Numbered from the stretch's first letter, positions 16,882 to 31,232 are shown. The stretch is DNA of 64,000 nucleotides from Eledone cirrhosa (GCA_964016885.1 OZ024760.1:11718001-11782000), one strand, 5' to 3'. The notes: a model not told the origin generated them from the letters alone. Numbers and translations: made by a program.

Positions 16882-18636
16882 AAATAAAAATTGCATGAGT
16901 ATGTAGGCGTTCTTTGATTTCTTTCACATATAACGGCTCTGTTCTTGTACATTGAGCTTATACAATGCTGTCACAAATACGACACGGTACAGGAGCGTTT
17001 ATGCACATATACTCTGTGGTCTACGTAAATAAATATATATACATATATGTATATATATATATACATATATACATATATATATACACATATATACATATAT
17101 AAATATATACATATATATATATACATATATATATATATACATATATACATATATATATACATATATATACATATATATATATACATATATACATACATTT
17201 AATGTTCAAACCAGCCAGAATTCTCTACCTCTTTCTGTTGAAACTGGCTGTAACTGGCTACTCATACTGATGTTTAGGTATTGTTCTCAAAACAAATACT
17301 TTCAAAATCTCATAGATTCGATATTATGTGAGATAACTATCTGAGGTAAAGCCTTTACCATGAAAATATAATAGTATATATAGAGTAATGTGAATGCTAA
17401 ACAGATATATACATATATACAAATATATATACATGCATATATATATATATATATACACACATACATACATACATATATGGAACTAACTGTAGATATGGCA
17501 AGAGCTCAGCCGTGAGGGTCACAACTCTTTATAATATAACCATACTCTACTACTCCAAGTATCGAGTACTCTGTTGAGTAATGGTCTAACCAGTTTGAAA
17601 CTGAATCCATCCTGATGTATATAGCTCCTACTAGAGTAGTACAGCAACCCAATGCCACCCCTCTATCCAGCTTTAATTATATATATCATCATTATCATCA
17701 TTTCATTTTACGTCCGCTTTTTCCCTGCTTGCAAGGGTGGGACGGGAACTGATTCTGGCTTGATTTCTACAGCTGGATGCCCTTCCTAACACCAACCTCA
17801 TTTACAGTGAGTGCTGGGTGCTTTTTTGCCGTGGCACCTCCACGACCACTTTACAGTGGAATGATAGGGACCCCACTCCCTATCATCTCATTTCTACAGC
17901 TGAGTAAACTGGAGCAATGTGAAATAAAGTGTCTTGCTCAAGGAAACAACACATCACCCGGTCTGAGAATTGAACTCACAACCTTTCGATTGCAAGACCA
18001 ATGCTCTAACCACTAAGCCATGTGCCTCCATTATATATATATTTATATGTATGTCTTGCTGGACTTACAAGCAAAAGGATGTGCTTTTTCCTGCCCGTGG
18101 CATATCACAAAATCGAATTTCATCTGAGGATACCGTTCTCATAACAGCAATAAATGCATGAATTACATCTTGATTGCATGGGAGAACTGTTGAAATAATT
18201 ATAATGAATTTATGTAACATCAGCATCTTTATTAATGTTGTTATTGGCAGTATCAGTAGAGGGACGGACGCCATGCTTTGCAGCAAAGAGTTACGGCCAT
18301 TTATAGACTGGGTGCTTTTTGTTGTGATACCTACATGACCACTTTACAATGTGGACTGGGTACTTTTTGTTGTGACCAACACAACCACTTTACAAAGTGG
18401 ACTGGGTGCTTTTTGATGTGACACCTACATGACCGCTTTACAGTGTGGACTGGGTGCTTTTTGTCATGTCACCAGCACAACCACTTTCCACAAATACTCT
18501 CTACATCCCTAAAACAACATTATCATTTCTCTATTCAAATAATTGTCTTTGTTGCTTTCCAGTGAGAAGAATATTTTCTGCAGATTTCCCTCCATAACAA
18601 CAACACCAGAAGTACAACAACAACAACAACAACAAC

Positions 18637-20946
18637 ATGAATGTAAAGAGGAACAACTTAAGTTGCCTGGCTCTGGTTTGGCTCTACATCTGCTGTTACT
18701 GCCTGTCTTGCTGTTATGCTGGTTCGTATTAAAATATTTCAGTTACCTTGTAAATTTTCACAATAATCTGTCTACTAATAAAGTTAGTATAAACATTTGA
18801 ATTAACAAACCTGTTCACAGATATTTTCTGCCGAATCATTACAAGATGTTAAGAGATAATACTACAAATTTTTACAACAATCTGTCCTCTTATAAAGTTA
18901 CTATAAACATTTGAATTGATAAACCCAGTTATAGATATATAGATATATTGGTAAGCTCCTTCTTGGATATGAAAACAAATGATGATCAACTGCAAACTGT
19001 AAAGAAATTGGTGTATAGGTGGTACCAGATGCACAATAACATGTGGAGGGGTGAGACAGGAGTTTCTGACAGTAATGTCTACCATTTAGGTACTGCCAGA
19101 TACATAATAACATGTGGAGGGGTAAGACAGGAGTTTCTGACAATAATGTGTACCATATAAGGCAGTACTAGATGCTCAATAACATGTGGAGAGGTGAGAC
19201 AAGAGTTTCTGACAATAATGTGTACCATAGAGGCAGTACTAGATGCTCAATAACATGTGGAGAGGTGAGACAAGAGTTTCTGACAATAATGTGTACCATA
19301 GAGGCAGTACTAGATGCTCAATAACATGTAGAGAGGTGGGACAAGAGTTTCTGACAGTAATGTGTACCATATAGGCAGTACTAGATGTTCAATAACATGT
19401 AGAGGAGGGGAGGCAGGAGTTTCTGACAGTAATGTGTACCATATAGGCAGTACTAGATGCTCAATAACATGTAGAGGAGGGGAGGCAGGAGTTTCTGACA
19501 GTAATGTGTACCATATAGGCAGTACTAGATGCTCAATAACATGTGGAGAAGTGGAACAAGAATTTCTGACAGTAATGTGTACCATATAGGCAGTACTAGA
19601 TGCTCAATAACATGTGGAGAGGTGGGACAAGAGTTTCTGACAGTAATGTGTACCATATAGGCAGTACTAGATGTTCAATAACATGTAGAGGAGGGGAGGC
19701 AGGAGTTTCTGACAGTAATGTGTACCATAGAGGCAGTACTAGATGCTCAATAACATGTGGAGAAGTGGGACAAGAGTTTCTGACAGTAATGTGTACCAAA
19801 GTTGCCTTGGTGTAAAAGTAATAAGGTAAAACCTGAAGTTTCTTCTCATTAAGATCATTGAGAAATTGAACCTACCACCCTTAGATATTTAAATTGCTCC
19901 CCTATTGGGTGTGAGCACCTCACTTTATCTGTTTTTAAGTCAATGTACCAACAACAACAACCCTGAGCACCTTTTTGAATCCCATATGTCTAACACCTGT
20001 GGACATGCTTGCAAAGTCAGAAAACTGTACAGCTTCCATGACTTTTAGAAACATTTCATGGTCAGGGTTGCAGAAGCATGGAACAAAATACCTGCATCAG
20101 TTGTTAGCTGTCAGGACACTGCACTCTTCAAAACCTCCATGCTTCCCGAAATTCACCAACACTACACCTGATATTACCCCTCCATACACATGCAGTCATG
20201 TGTGTCTGTGTGTATATATATATATGTATGTATGCATGTACGCACGCACGCTCGCACATGTGTCTGTGTGTATATCATGACTCACACACTGTTCACTTCC
20301 CTGACATTTGTACATTATTCTATGTACTATACATGCACCTTTGATAAGTTGTAGTGCTTCTGAGCACTGTACACAATAATTTTCATTATTGTTATATTAA
20401 TATATATTTGTACCGTCCTGCATTGTCCTGCACTGTCCTTAATGTCTACTTTATGTAAACCCTTGTGGTTAATAAAGAAATCGTTATATTAATATAACTT
20501 ATGAACCATGTCTGACAGGGGGCTGGTTGCCATTTGGTGACATAAAACTGGACATTGCACCTCAGCGGCTCGCCAGATGCAGACATCAAGATCTGTGAGT
20601 AGAGGTGCTTGGCTGTAGCAGAGGGCTGCAGAATGTGTGTAGGAGCTTCGTGGATAGCAATACAGTAGAAACAGGTTCTGGTGCTATGAAATATAACCAT
20701 ACCTTTCAAAGGGTTCATATTTAAATTAAAATCTTCCAGCATAGTTTTATATAGCAACCAAGTTACACTAACTTAGTACCTTAGTGATGAGATGAAATAA
20801 TTATTAGTTTTAGTAAATCCCTCAAAATTCTTCATCAATTAATTGAAATAGAGTGTATTTCATTAAAAATACAATCACAAAAAGATTAACGTGTTTTTCC
20901 AACAAAATTTTATATATGAACCATGTGTTAAGTTACTATAATGATG

Positions 20947-20981
<35 letters not shown>

Positions 20982-22308
20982 AAGAATTTATATCTAGTAA
21001 CATTTACATACATACAGATGCATATCAATGCTAGCAAATATATAGGTTTTGTCTTAGTAACATTGTGGTTCAATGCATGGGGTTGCAGAACAATAATATG
21101 AGAGACATAAGATAAGAAAATTATAAAATTAACTTACTTATATAGTAAGTCAATTATATATATATATACATATATATAGAAAGAGTGAAGAATAACATGG
21201 TCAACAGTACAAAAAAGGTTTTTATTTACAGCCTAACAATTGTTTCACTGATTAAGTTGTCTAAAAATTGCTGAACATTTGAAGCTGTGCCACTCAATTT
21301 TAAATACGTCGTTAGCTTAACCAGATCATCAGAGAAAAAAAATCTTTTTTGTACTGTTGACCATGTTATTCTTCACTCTTTCAATATTATTACTCCAAGA
21401 TAAACTTGGAATGCAAAAGAACTCATAAACTCGCCACCTATGTAAACCCCTTGTTGAGTCAAACAACGCCGTACGCTAAAACTATCCACAATACGAAGTA
21501 TTCACAACCTCGAACTGGATTACCTATAACGATATTTTGTTATCCCATATATATATATATATATCTAATGTATAATAAACAATACAATATGACTTTTTAA
21601 CCATTGTCTCAGTTTGTATGACCATTTTAACTTATGTTTATAGCTCTGGTATCTTCATATCCATGGAGCGCTTGTCTGCACAATACGGAAGTTGCGTTTC
21701 GCCAATTTCTACCCCCTGAAATGCGATTCTCGCTAAATTTATATTCATATTTGTATATATATATATATTTGTAGTTGACGGCTGAGACAAAGGAGTACTC
21801 AATACCGAAGTAGAGTTTAAATATTTGTTTTATTATGGCTAGCTATTAAGTCTTGTTACTCTAGAGTTTCGTCAGATGAAACTTCAGAGTAACAAGACTT
21901 ATTATTTAGCATTGATATATATATATATATTTAAAAGAATAGAGGTGTAACACACAAGTTATGATATATTGGTAAACGGAAAAGAAAATGCTGACAAATT
22001 GTTCACAGTGAAAAATAGCTTAATTAGGAATAAGTGAGAATTAGTAATAGTATTGGTTAGTATTCAGTTTTGGTTTTAAGTTTTACCGGTTGCGCATTTC
22101 TAATGCTTTTCAAAAATAATTTTGAGATAGAGCGTCCGTGATGTTTGCTCTAATCTGTATGTATATATATATATATATATATATTGAATATATATAGTAA
22201 TAATAATAGTAATAATAATAAATTTGAAGACTAAAATCCAAAGAGGAGGATAAATATATAAAAACCCTAGTGATTCTTTGCTTAAACTTTAATCTGTTAT
22301 TTTAATAA

Positions 22309-22363
<55 letters not shown>

Positions 22364-23720
22364 TACATACACACACATATAATCTAATAAATCACACAAA
22401 TACATCAATTTCACAGTTAAAGGACTAACATTTATTACATAACTGACACGTGTTTCACCAATAAGTAGGTGAGAAATACCTAGAGTCGCTAATCCAATGG
22501 GATTTATTGGAAAACTTGATTTCCAATACTTTGTGTTATATATATATATTTACTCAGCTGTAGAAATGAGATGATAGGGACTGGGGTTCCTATCATTCCA
22601 CTGCAAAGTGGTCGTGGAGGTGCCACGGCAAAAAAGCACCCAGCACCCACTGTAAATGAGGTTGGTGTTAGGAAGGGCATCCAGCTGTAGAAATCAAGCC
22701 AGAGTCAGTTCCCGTCCCACCCTTGCAAGCAGGGAAAAAGCGGACGTAAAATGAAATGATGATGATGATGATGATACTTACGGTAAATATTGATGCAATT
22801 AAATTCAAGTACACTACGTACTTTTTCCACATAGGAATGACCGAGAACGGAACCTTATTATGTAAGAAGCAGGCATATTGATTTATTCATTTATTTATTT
22901 ATTGGCGGTCATTTCAGACGGGGTCAACTTTACTGTCCAGCCAGAACAGCCTGAAGAGGTGAGCACCACGTTAAGCCCAACAAATGCCAAACAGATGGCT
23001 GTGATGGGTGAAAAGAAAGAGAAAGTATCACATGATATCTACATACAGGACGGTAAAGGTAGCAGCAGTGGTGGTGGTGGTGGTGAATCTGGAGCTGCTG
23101 CTGCTGCTGTGGCACATATTGAGGGTACTGAGTCTCCCAACCAGACAAATGAACTGACCAGCAGTAAAAATTACATCACTAACCAGGTGGAGAACTCTGC
23201 TGCAACAAGTTTCGGACTGGTAAGAAGTCTTTCTTTTTTTTTTTTCTTTTTTTTTTTTATATATAGTGTGTTTGATTTTCACGCGAAGATGCGTTCATGA
23301 ACACGGCACATAAAGGAAATTCGTGTAATTCAAGCTTAATATTTCTGATAAATAAAAAAATAAAAAAAACCACACGAATTATAGAGCGTTATTTGCATAA
23401 AGTGAATATTTGATATTTTTTTCAAGACGCATTAAATTAAAGTACTTCAAGATTGCGTAAAAAGCAAACAGACTATAATTGTTGCTGTTTTTGTTTTTGT
23501 TGTGGTACCAGTATGACCACCTTATTGGGTGGACTGGGTATTTTATTTTATCATATTTTTATATTTTTATTTTATTTTATTTTATTTTATTTTATTTTAT
23601 TTTATTTTATTTTATTTTAATTTTATATTTTTATTACTTTTATCTTTCCAGAACATGGTGTTTGCTATCTGCTGCTTCTGTGCGACATTTGCAGCCATTT
23701 TCCAAGCTAAATTTCTATAA
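18637..23720 (+). CDS. Unrecognised 151-aa secreted, predicted GPI-anchored, low-complexity glycoprotein; join(18637..18721,22918..23219,23652..23720)
   Basis: Exon 1 encodes MNVKRNNLSCLALVWLYICCYCLSCCYA+G (signal-peptide-like) with a GT donor at 18722 (phase 1) and an upstream acceptor ttgctttccag at 18562. Exon 2 follows atttcag (AG 22916-17) in the matching phase, DGVNFTVQPEQ...ENSAATSFGL, donor GTAAGA at 23220 (phase 0). Exon 3 follows a T-rich tract and ctttccag, NMVFAICCFCATFAAIFQAKFL*. The frame stays open across both junctions. Confidence 0.75.
19010..19797. repeat. 71-72-bp minisatellite, about 11 copies, in intron 1 of the GPI-protein gene
   Basis: Unit GAGTTTCTGACAGTAATGTGTACCATATAGGCAGTACTAGATGCTCAATAACATGT(G/A)GAG... 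Confidence 0.95.
21179..21382 (-). mobile_element. Fold-back Penelope-like relic containing a minus-strand hammerhead core
   Basis: 39-bp inverted arms 21179-21217 / 21344-21382 beside (TA)n. The minus strand reads CTGATGA-T-CTGGTTAAG...CTTAATCAG-T-GAAAC[AATT]GTT-AGG. Confidence 0.6.
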
Positions 23721-24245
23721 AGTTCACCAGTTGAGCAATGGGAGAAGATGAAGTTGTATCATAGATCAGATTTTGAAGCTGACACCCAGTCAAATCCAGT
23801 TGTGTTCTTTGAAACACACTTTTCAAATTCTGAAACTCCTCTCATTTGCAACCACTCATATTCTATTTATTACAACTTTTCCTCGCCTCTTTATCTTTAT
23901 TATTATTAAGGGTGGTGGATTAGCAGAATCGGTAGAGCGTCGGACAAAATGCTTTGCAGTAATTTAGTTACAGCCCTTTACATTCTGATTTCAAATCATT
24001 CAGAGGTTTGCTTTGCCTTTCATCCTGACGGGGTCGATAAAATAAAGTACCAGTAATGCCCTGGGGTTGATTTAATCGACCCCCCCCCCCCCCACCCCGC
24101 CTAAAATTGCTGGCTTTGTGCCTAAATCAGAAACCATTATTATTTTTTTTGTCATTTTTTTTTTCAAATTCCATTTCTCTGTTCCAAACCTCTATCTCTC
24201 TTCTATATATTTTTGTATCATCATTTATATATATATATATATACC

Positions 24246-24276
<31 letters not shown>

Positions 24277-24312
24277 ATGTGTGTGTGTGTGTGTTAGCTG
24301 AAAAGTAAACTG

Positions 24313-24423
24313 CCAAACAAGTTAGGGTTAGACATATAATCCCCTAGAGAGACAGAAAAATTTGACTGTACTGTCACCATTTCTGTATCTAGGGGCTTAT
24401 ATGCCTAACCCTAATTTGTTTGG
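24313..24423. mobile_element. MITE-like hairpin element
   Basis: About 36-bp imperfect TIRs: CCAAACAAGTTAGGGTTAGACATATAATCCCCTAGA / TCTAGGGGCTTATATGCCTAACCCTAATTTGTTTGG. Confidence 0.6.
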
Positions 24424-24648
24424 GTGTATTTCAAAACCTATTTTGAAGTAGTATACTATAAGCTAAAATACATCCAAAATTCCATATTTACTCAACATTT
24501 TGTGAGTACAATTAATTCAGTGTTTACCATTTATATTTTTTTTTTTTCACTTGTTTCTTTCTACACTCATTTTTATCTCATCCTTTGCCATTTAATGTAA
24601 GAGCAAAACATTTGAATGTTTGCCATTTTAATTTTGTAAACATTTTAA

Positions 24649-24679
<31 letters not shown>

Positions 24680-25150
24680 TAATCTTATCTATAGTTTTCT
24701 ACCATGATTAAAGTGTGCTGGCGAAGGGAGACAACTTCAAGAAAAACAAAATCTTCACTTCCTCCATCAAACCTATTTTGACTAACATTCTATACTTGCT
24801 ACCCCGGTGCTAGTCACTAAGCAATCAATATATTGATTGATTGATCCATGTTTTTGACTGTGTGTGAGCTCCTTTTTCTGTCCCGGGTGATTCAAATCTA
24901 CTTCTTCCCTCATACCAAATCTTACAGCTGCCTCATGGCTCTGCTTCTTATCAAATTTTCATTCTGTGTGTTTGTGTGTGTGCTTGCATGTGTAAATGTG
25001 AGTGTGCATGTGTACATATATATGTGTGTATGTGTGTGCATATATATGTGTATGTTTGTGTGTGCGTATTAGTGCCAGTATGCATCTACATTAGTGCATG
25101 TATATATTTATATATATGTGTATATATGTATATATATATATATACATGTT

Positions 25151-25210
<60 letters not shown>

Positions 25211-25343
25211 GGTACATATATATATGTATATATAGGTACATATATATATATATGTATATATAGGTACACATATATATATGTATATATAGGTACATATATA
25301 TATGCGCGTATATATAGATATATATATATATACATATATATGC

Positions 25344-25384
<41 letters not shown>

Positions 25385-25651
25385 CATATTGAACAGTTAA
25401 AGAGACCATTAAAAAATTGCATGCGTGTGTGTGTATAGGCACATATGTTTGCGTATGTATCTCTGTGCATATGTGCATATGTTTGTGTGTGTGTGTGTGT
25501 GTATTTTTTCAGATCATCTATTTTATAATTGTAACAGCGATTCGTGGCTTGATTGTTTTGTGCAAGTGGAAAATTGGAATTTGTAGTTTCCTTGCTCTCT
25601 CTCACAGATTTTGAGTTAGTCAGCTTGGACACACAATATATATACATACAT

Positions 25652-25702
<51 letters not shown>

Positions 25703-25704
<2 letters not shown>

Positions 25705-25908
25705 AATCAGGATGGATTCAGTTTCAAACTGGTTAGACCATTACTCAACAGAGTACTCGATACTTGGAGTAGTTGAGTATTGTTATATTATAAAGAGTTG
25801 GGACCCTGACGGCTGAGTTCTTGCCATTTTAACAGCTAGTTCTAGACTCGAACTAGCTATTAAAATGGCAAGAACTCAGCCGTCAGGGTCCCAACTCTTT
25901 ATAATATA
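25703..25908. mobile_element. (TA)n-inserted fold-back element; a non-folded reverse copy lies at 17478-17620
   Basis: About 59-bp arms 25784-25842 / 25850-25908 with a 7-nt loop; matches the reverse complement of 17478-17620. Confidence 0.75.
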
Positions 25909-26337
25909 TATATTTCTTGTTCAAGCAACTGAAGGAAACTGTTTAACAGATATGTAACTTAGACATTTTTTTCAATCTATCTTTAAATGTCTTTCTCTAA
26001 ATGTTGTCTCATGTATATTTATAAAAAATATAACATTCATTTTTTTCTTTTAAAACAAAAACCACATGGGGGCTTTGTAAGTGTTGAAGTGTATTTGTAG
26101 CATACCATAGGCACAAGAGAGTTGTCTTAACAAGCTTAGAATTCCTTTCCATTATTTCAAAATCTTATTGGAAACAATAATAAACAAAGTGGCTTTTTTT
26201 TTTTTTATTTAATCGTGTGTGACTGGTGGCTAGAAGGTAAAAGAGGTTGTCCTATCTGACACAGAATTCCCTCAGCCAATGCACCCTCTAGTTTTCAGTT
26301 TTTCTCAACCACTCAGCAGAATATTTGATTCTTTGAG

Positions 26338-26371
<34 letters not shown>

Positions 26372-26639
26372 TCGAATCCAACTACTTAAAAAATCATATG
26401 TAGACAACAAACTTTCTATAATTCTCTCTCTCTCTCTCTGTCATTTTGTTATAGACAAGCTATCTTTGCTGTGGTTGTAACAGTCACATCTCTCCACGTC
26501 TCCTAATATTATCTTAAGTACAGTTTAGGTTTTAGGGTTTACCCACATAATGGAATAACTGCTGATGGTTGGATGACTTTGGAAACTGACCTGTGCTCAC
26601 TAGATGCTGGGATCTGCAAAATCAAGCAGAGGTGAGAGA

Positions 26640-26900
26640 CAAATCTTTTCCCTGGATAAGAAGCTAGTCTGTCATAGCCAGCTATTGCCCTCAGCCAGAT
26701 ATACCGGCGTGGGTAGAGTGAGATATCTTTCCCCTGGATAAGAAGCTAGTCTGTCATAGCCAGCTATTGCCCTCAGCCAGATACACCGGAGTGGGTAGAG
26801 TGAGATATCTTTCCCCTGGATAAGAAGCTTGTCTCTCACAGCTAGCTACTGCCTACAGTCAAATAAACTGAAGTGGGTAGAGTGAGATATCTTGCCTGCC
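26640..26900. repeat. 82-bp tandem repeat, about 3 copies
   Basis: CCTGGATAAGAAGCT recurs at 26651, 26733 and about 26815. Confidence 0.85.
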
Positions 26901-27997
26901 CTTCCCCCAGGGACATAATAATACATCTACAATAATAATAATAAAAACCATCCCTTAGGGAGATCCAAACTCAGTCAACTCTGACCTGGTTAGTCTGACT
27001 GCCACTCTATCCACAGAGCCACCGAACTACTCCAACCTTTTTAATTCATATTTATTTTAACAGGTAAACAAACAAGACTCAAAATAAAAATAATCTTTGT
27101 GTGTCAGTGTCAATATTTATTGTGAACAGTTTCGGAAAATAAAGTATCATTATTTAACAATCAATGTTCAATATATTTTTTGAAATTTATTTCATCATCA
27201 ATAAATGTTTTTATATGTATAAACAACAACAATAACAGCAATAATAGCAGCAGCAGCAACAACAACAACAGCAGTGACAACAACAACAACAATAACAACC
27301 GCAGCGACAACAACAATAACAACCAACAACAGCAATAGTAATAGCAACAGTAGCAACAACAACAACAATAACAACAACAACAACAACAACAGCAATAACA
27401 ACAACAACAACAACAGCAACAATAACAACAGCAATAACAACAACAGCAGCAATAATAATAATAATAGCAACAGCAGTGACGACAACAATAACAACAACAA
27501 CACCAATTACACCAATAATAATTGTTTCTATTGTTGGCCCAGGGCCAGCAATTACCCCAGTGTATTACTGGTACTTTATTTTATCGACCCCGTAAGGATG
27601 AAGGGCAAAGTTAACCTCGGCGGGATTTCAACAATAATAATAGCAGCAGCAGCAGCGACAACAATAACAACAACAACAACAACAACAATAGCAACAACAA
27701 CAACCATAACAAAGCAATGAGAACAGTGTTGTTGTTGTTGTTGTTGTTGTCTCCAAAAACTATATTTACAGAAAGTACTTGGTACATTATTTTATCAGGG
27801 ATAAGTCAACTCAATCTAAGTAATCAGAAATTATTTGCATAAACTACCACCACTACTACTACTACTACTACTAATACTACTATTACTACTACTACTATTA
27901 CTAAGTAATCAGAAATTATTTGCATAATACTACTACTACTACTACTACTACTATTACTAAGTAATCAGAAATTATTTGCATAAACTACCACCACTGA

Positions 27998-28035
<38 letters not shown>

Positions 28036-28108
28036 TTACTACCACCACTGCCACTACTACTACTATTACTACCACCACTGACACTACTACTACTACCACC
28101 ACTACCAT

Positions 28109-28144
<36 letters not shown>

Positions 28145-28894
28145 ACACCTCCAATACCGTATATACTGATCAGGTGTGAACTGGTATAATCCAGTCGAAG
28201 ATAAGATAGAACTGATATATATAAACAAGTTTTCTTTCCTCCACTCAGTTCACCTCAACACATGTCACAGTCTCTGTCACACATAGTTCTATAACACTAT
28301 AACAACAACAGCAACAACAACACCAATAACAGGAGCACCACCACCAACACCACCACCACCACTACAATCAACAACACCAGGAACACCACCACCGCCACCA
28401 CCAACAACAACAGCACCAGGAACACCACCACCACCACCACTACAATCAACAACACCAGGAACACCACCACCACCACCACTACAATCAACAACACCAGGAA
28501 CACCACCACCGCCACCACCATCAACAACAGCACCAGGAACACCACCAGCGCCACCACCAACAACAACAACACCAGGAACACCACCACCGCCACCACCAAC
28601 AACAACAGCACCAGGGGCACCACCACCGCCACCACCAACAACAACAGCACCAGGAACACCATCACTACCATTAACAACATCAGGAATAGGAGCCCCGAAT
28701 AACTGACAGTCCTGTTATGTACCCTACGTTGGCCAAACAATATTCTAACACATCTCTCTATATTCCTCTACCAACTAAATTCACAATGCTGCATGTAAGT
28801 GAAACTACCTTTTGGTTTTTCCTGTTTTTATTTGACCTGCTAGAGATAGCAGCCAAAGCTCCCCTCCACACACAGCGCTTCAAAGCTTATTCTA

Positions 28895-29748
28895 TCTTCT
28901 TCTTCCCCCACTTTTTCTTGAGAGGGTCATGGACTCCAGCCTCACTCAAACATTCCTGCCAGAGAGTCCTGTCAGAAGCAACGGTCTACAACTGATCCGG
29001 CTGGATCTCCAAGCAAGACCAGACAAGCTCATGGATGTTATCCAACCATCTTGCTCGGGGTCTACCCCTGGGTCTCCCGTCGGTTAGTTTTGCCCGTAAA
29101 ATCTGTCCAATGATACTTTCCTGAGACATTCTAACCACATGCCCATAGTATTGGAGCTGTGATCTCTTATTTCAGAGATTCCTTCCTGAGACATTCTAAC
29201 CACATGCCCATAGTATTGGAGCTGTGATCTCTTATTTCAGAGATTCCTTCCTGAGACATTCTAACCACATGCCCATAGTATTGGAGCTGTGATCTCTTAT
29301 TTCAGAGATTCCTTCCTGAGACATTCTAACCACATGCCCATAGTATTGGAGCTGTGATCTCTTATTTCAGAGATTCCTTCCTGAGACATTCTAACCACAT
29401 GCCCATAGTATTGGAGCTGTGATCTCTTATTTCAGAGATTCCTTCCTGAGACATTCTAACCACATGCCCACAGTATTGGAGCTGTGATCTCTTATTTCAG
29501 AGATTCCTTCCTGAGACATTCTAACCACATGCCCATAGTATTGGAGCTGTGATCTCTTATTTCAGAGATTCCTTCCTGAGACATTCTAACCACATGCCCA
29601 TAGTATTGGAGCTGTGATCCCTTATTTCAGAGATTCCTTCCTGAGACATTCTAACCACATGCCCATAGTATTGGAGCTGTGATCTCTCAATTCGGAGAAG
29701 TAGCAGCTCTACCTGGAGTGACTCTCTGATATCTGAGCTATACACTCT
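28895..29748 (-). mobile_element. RTE-clade LINE 3' fragment with an internal 65-bp tandem amplification (about 9 copies, 29121-29687)
   Basis: Minus strand [31 protein letters not shown]...GRPRGRPRARWLDNI with a (GAA)n tail. Same family as 43222-43650 and 40480-40770. Confidence 0.85.
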
Positions 29749-30290
29749 ATTGAGTAATATTATTCCAAAGACCTTCAGAGGAACCCCCATCGAAGGGTCT
29801 TTGGAATATATTAACTAATTGATAGGAGTTATGCAACACCATAGTATTAGCCTCAACAAATCTCACTTTGATGGGATATTCATATCTCCACTACATTGAG
29901 TTCTAACAGAGTTATATGTCCTACCTTAATTGATTTAGTAGAATATATCTATATATATATATATAAGGTGGTTGTGTAGGTGTCATGACAAAAAACACCC
30001 AGTCCACACTGTAAAGTGGTTGTGTAGGTGTCATGATAAAAAGCACCCAGCCCTCACTGAAAAGTGGTCGTGTAGGTGTCATGATAAAAAGCACTCGGCA
30101 CACACTGTAAATGTGGGTGGTATTAGGAAAAGCATCCAGCTGTTGAAATCTTGTCTAAAACAGTTCTATATGAGTAAGACACGGTCACCTGACCCAACTT
30201 GCTTCAAATAGGACAACCCGTCTAACCCATGCTAGCATGGAAAATGGACATTAAACAGTTATGATGATATATATATATATATATATGATG

Positions 30291-30322
<32 letters not shown>

Positions 30323-30349
30323 GTGTGAGTATATATATATATGTGTGTG

Positions 30350-30390
<41 letters not shown>

Positions 30391-30632
30391 ATAGATATAT
30401 ATAAATCAAGAAAGATGAGTGACATGGTTTGCTATACAATAAGGGCTTTATTCACATTGCTGACAATTGTTTCTCTGAACTGGTAGGTCTAGAGATCGCT
30501 ACCCACCTGATTTTATATAGTTGCCATGATGCCAGGCCTCTATATCATCCAATCAGCCACAAGGAAACATGTATTTGATGGGTATATATAAACAGCAAAT
30601 ACTTGTTTATTTATATATATATTGTACTGTAT

Positions 30633-30685
<53 letters not shown>

Positions 30686-30688
30686 CTG

Positions 30689-30731
<43 letters not shown>

Positions 30732-30739
<8 letters not shown>

Positions 30740-30868
30740 ATCAAAAGATGGTTAAATGAGTTCCATGTATTTTATTATGCGCATTTCAAAAACAAATATC
30801 ATCATGCATTTTGAAATGCGCATAATAAAATACATGGAACTCATTTAACCATCTTTTGATCTTATATA
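30732..30868. repeat. (TA)n-flanked fold-back element with hammerhead-like half GAAAT[GCGC]ATA
   Basis: About 60-bp perfect arms with a 17-nt spacer containing TCATCA (TGATGA on the minus strand). Confidence 0.75.
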
Positions 30869-30955
30869 TTATGTATACTCCAGTCCTACAAACTGTAGAG
30901 TGCTTCTTATCCCATATCTGCATTGCTTTATTGTACTACAATAAAACTCGCCTCC

Positions 30956-31003
<48 letters not shown>

Positions 31004-31084
31004 GACTACCAAATCAACTTTTTAAATGGAAGTTGAAGTTGTAAGGTATGTCAAATCTATCTATTTATAAGACTGTTTATATTG

Positions 31085-31150
31085 TATTTTGTCTGATGAA
31101 GGCATACCATATTTTTAATATGATATCCCTGAAATATATATAATGAAATA
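31085..31150 (+). ncRNA. Minimal type-I hammerhead ribozyme motif (Penelope-like element derived)
   Basis: CTGATGA at 31093-99; helix II AGG.ATA.CATATT/AATATG.TAT.CCT; GAAA-T[ATAT]A-TA; 8-bp helix I pairing 31085-92 with 31143-50; triplet AUA. Confidence 0.7.
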
Positions 31151-31190
31151 AATATGGTTTTATAAATATAGTTTCCATTTATTTAATATC

Positions 31191-31232
<42 letters not shown>

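Noticed and set aside
20519-20594. Possible extra exon of the GPI-protein gene (gacag|GG...ATCT|gtgagt, open in phase 1)
   Set aside because: At 76 nt it would shift the frame of the 22918 exon, the pyrimidine tract is poor, and no compensating exon was found.
23055-23115. Direct homology of GGGGGESGAAAAAVA to the PrP/Shadoo hydrophobic tract
   Set aside because: Low-complexity and encoded by (GGT)n/(GCT)n; no basic repeats or globular domain, and a different exon structure. Kept only as an architectural analogy.
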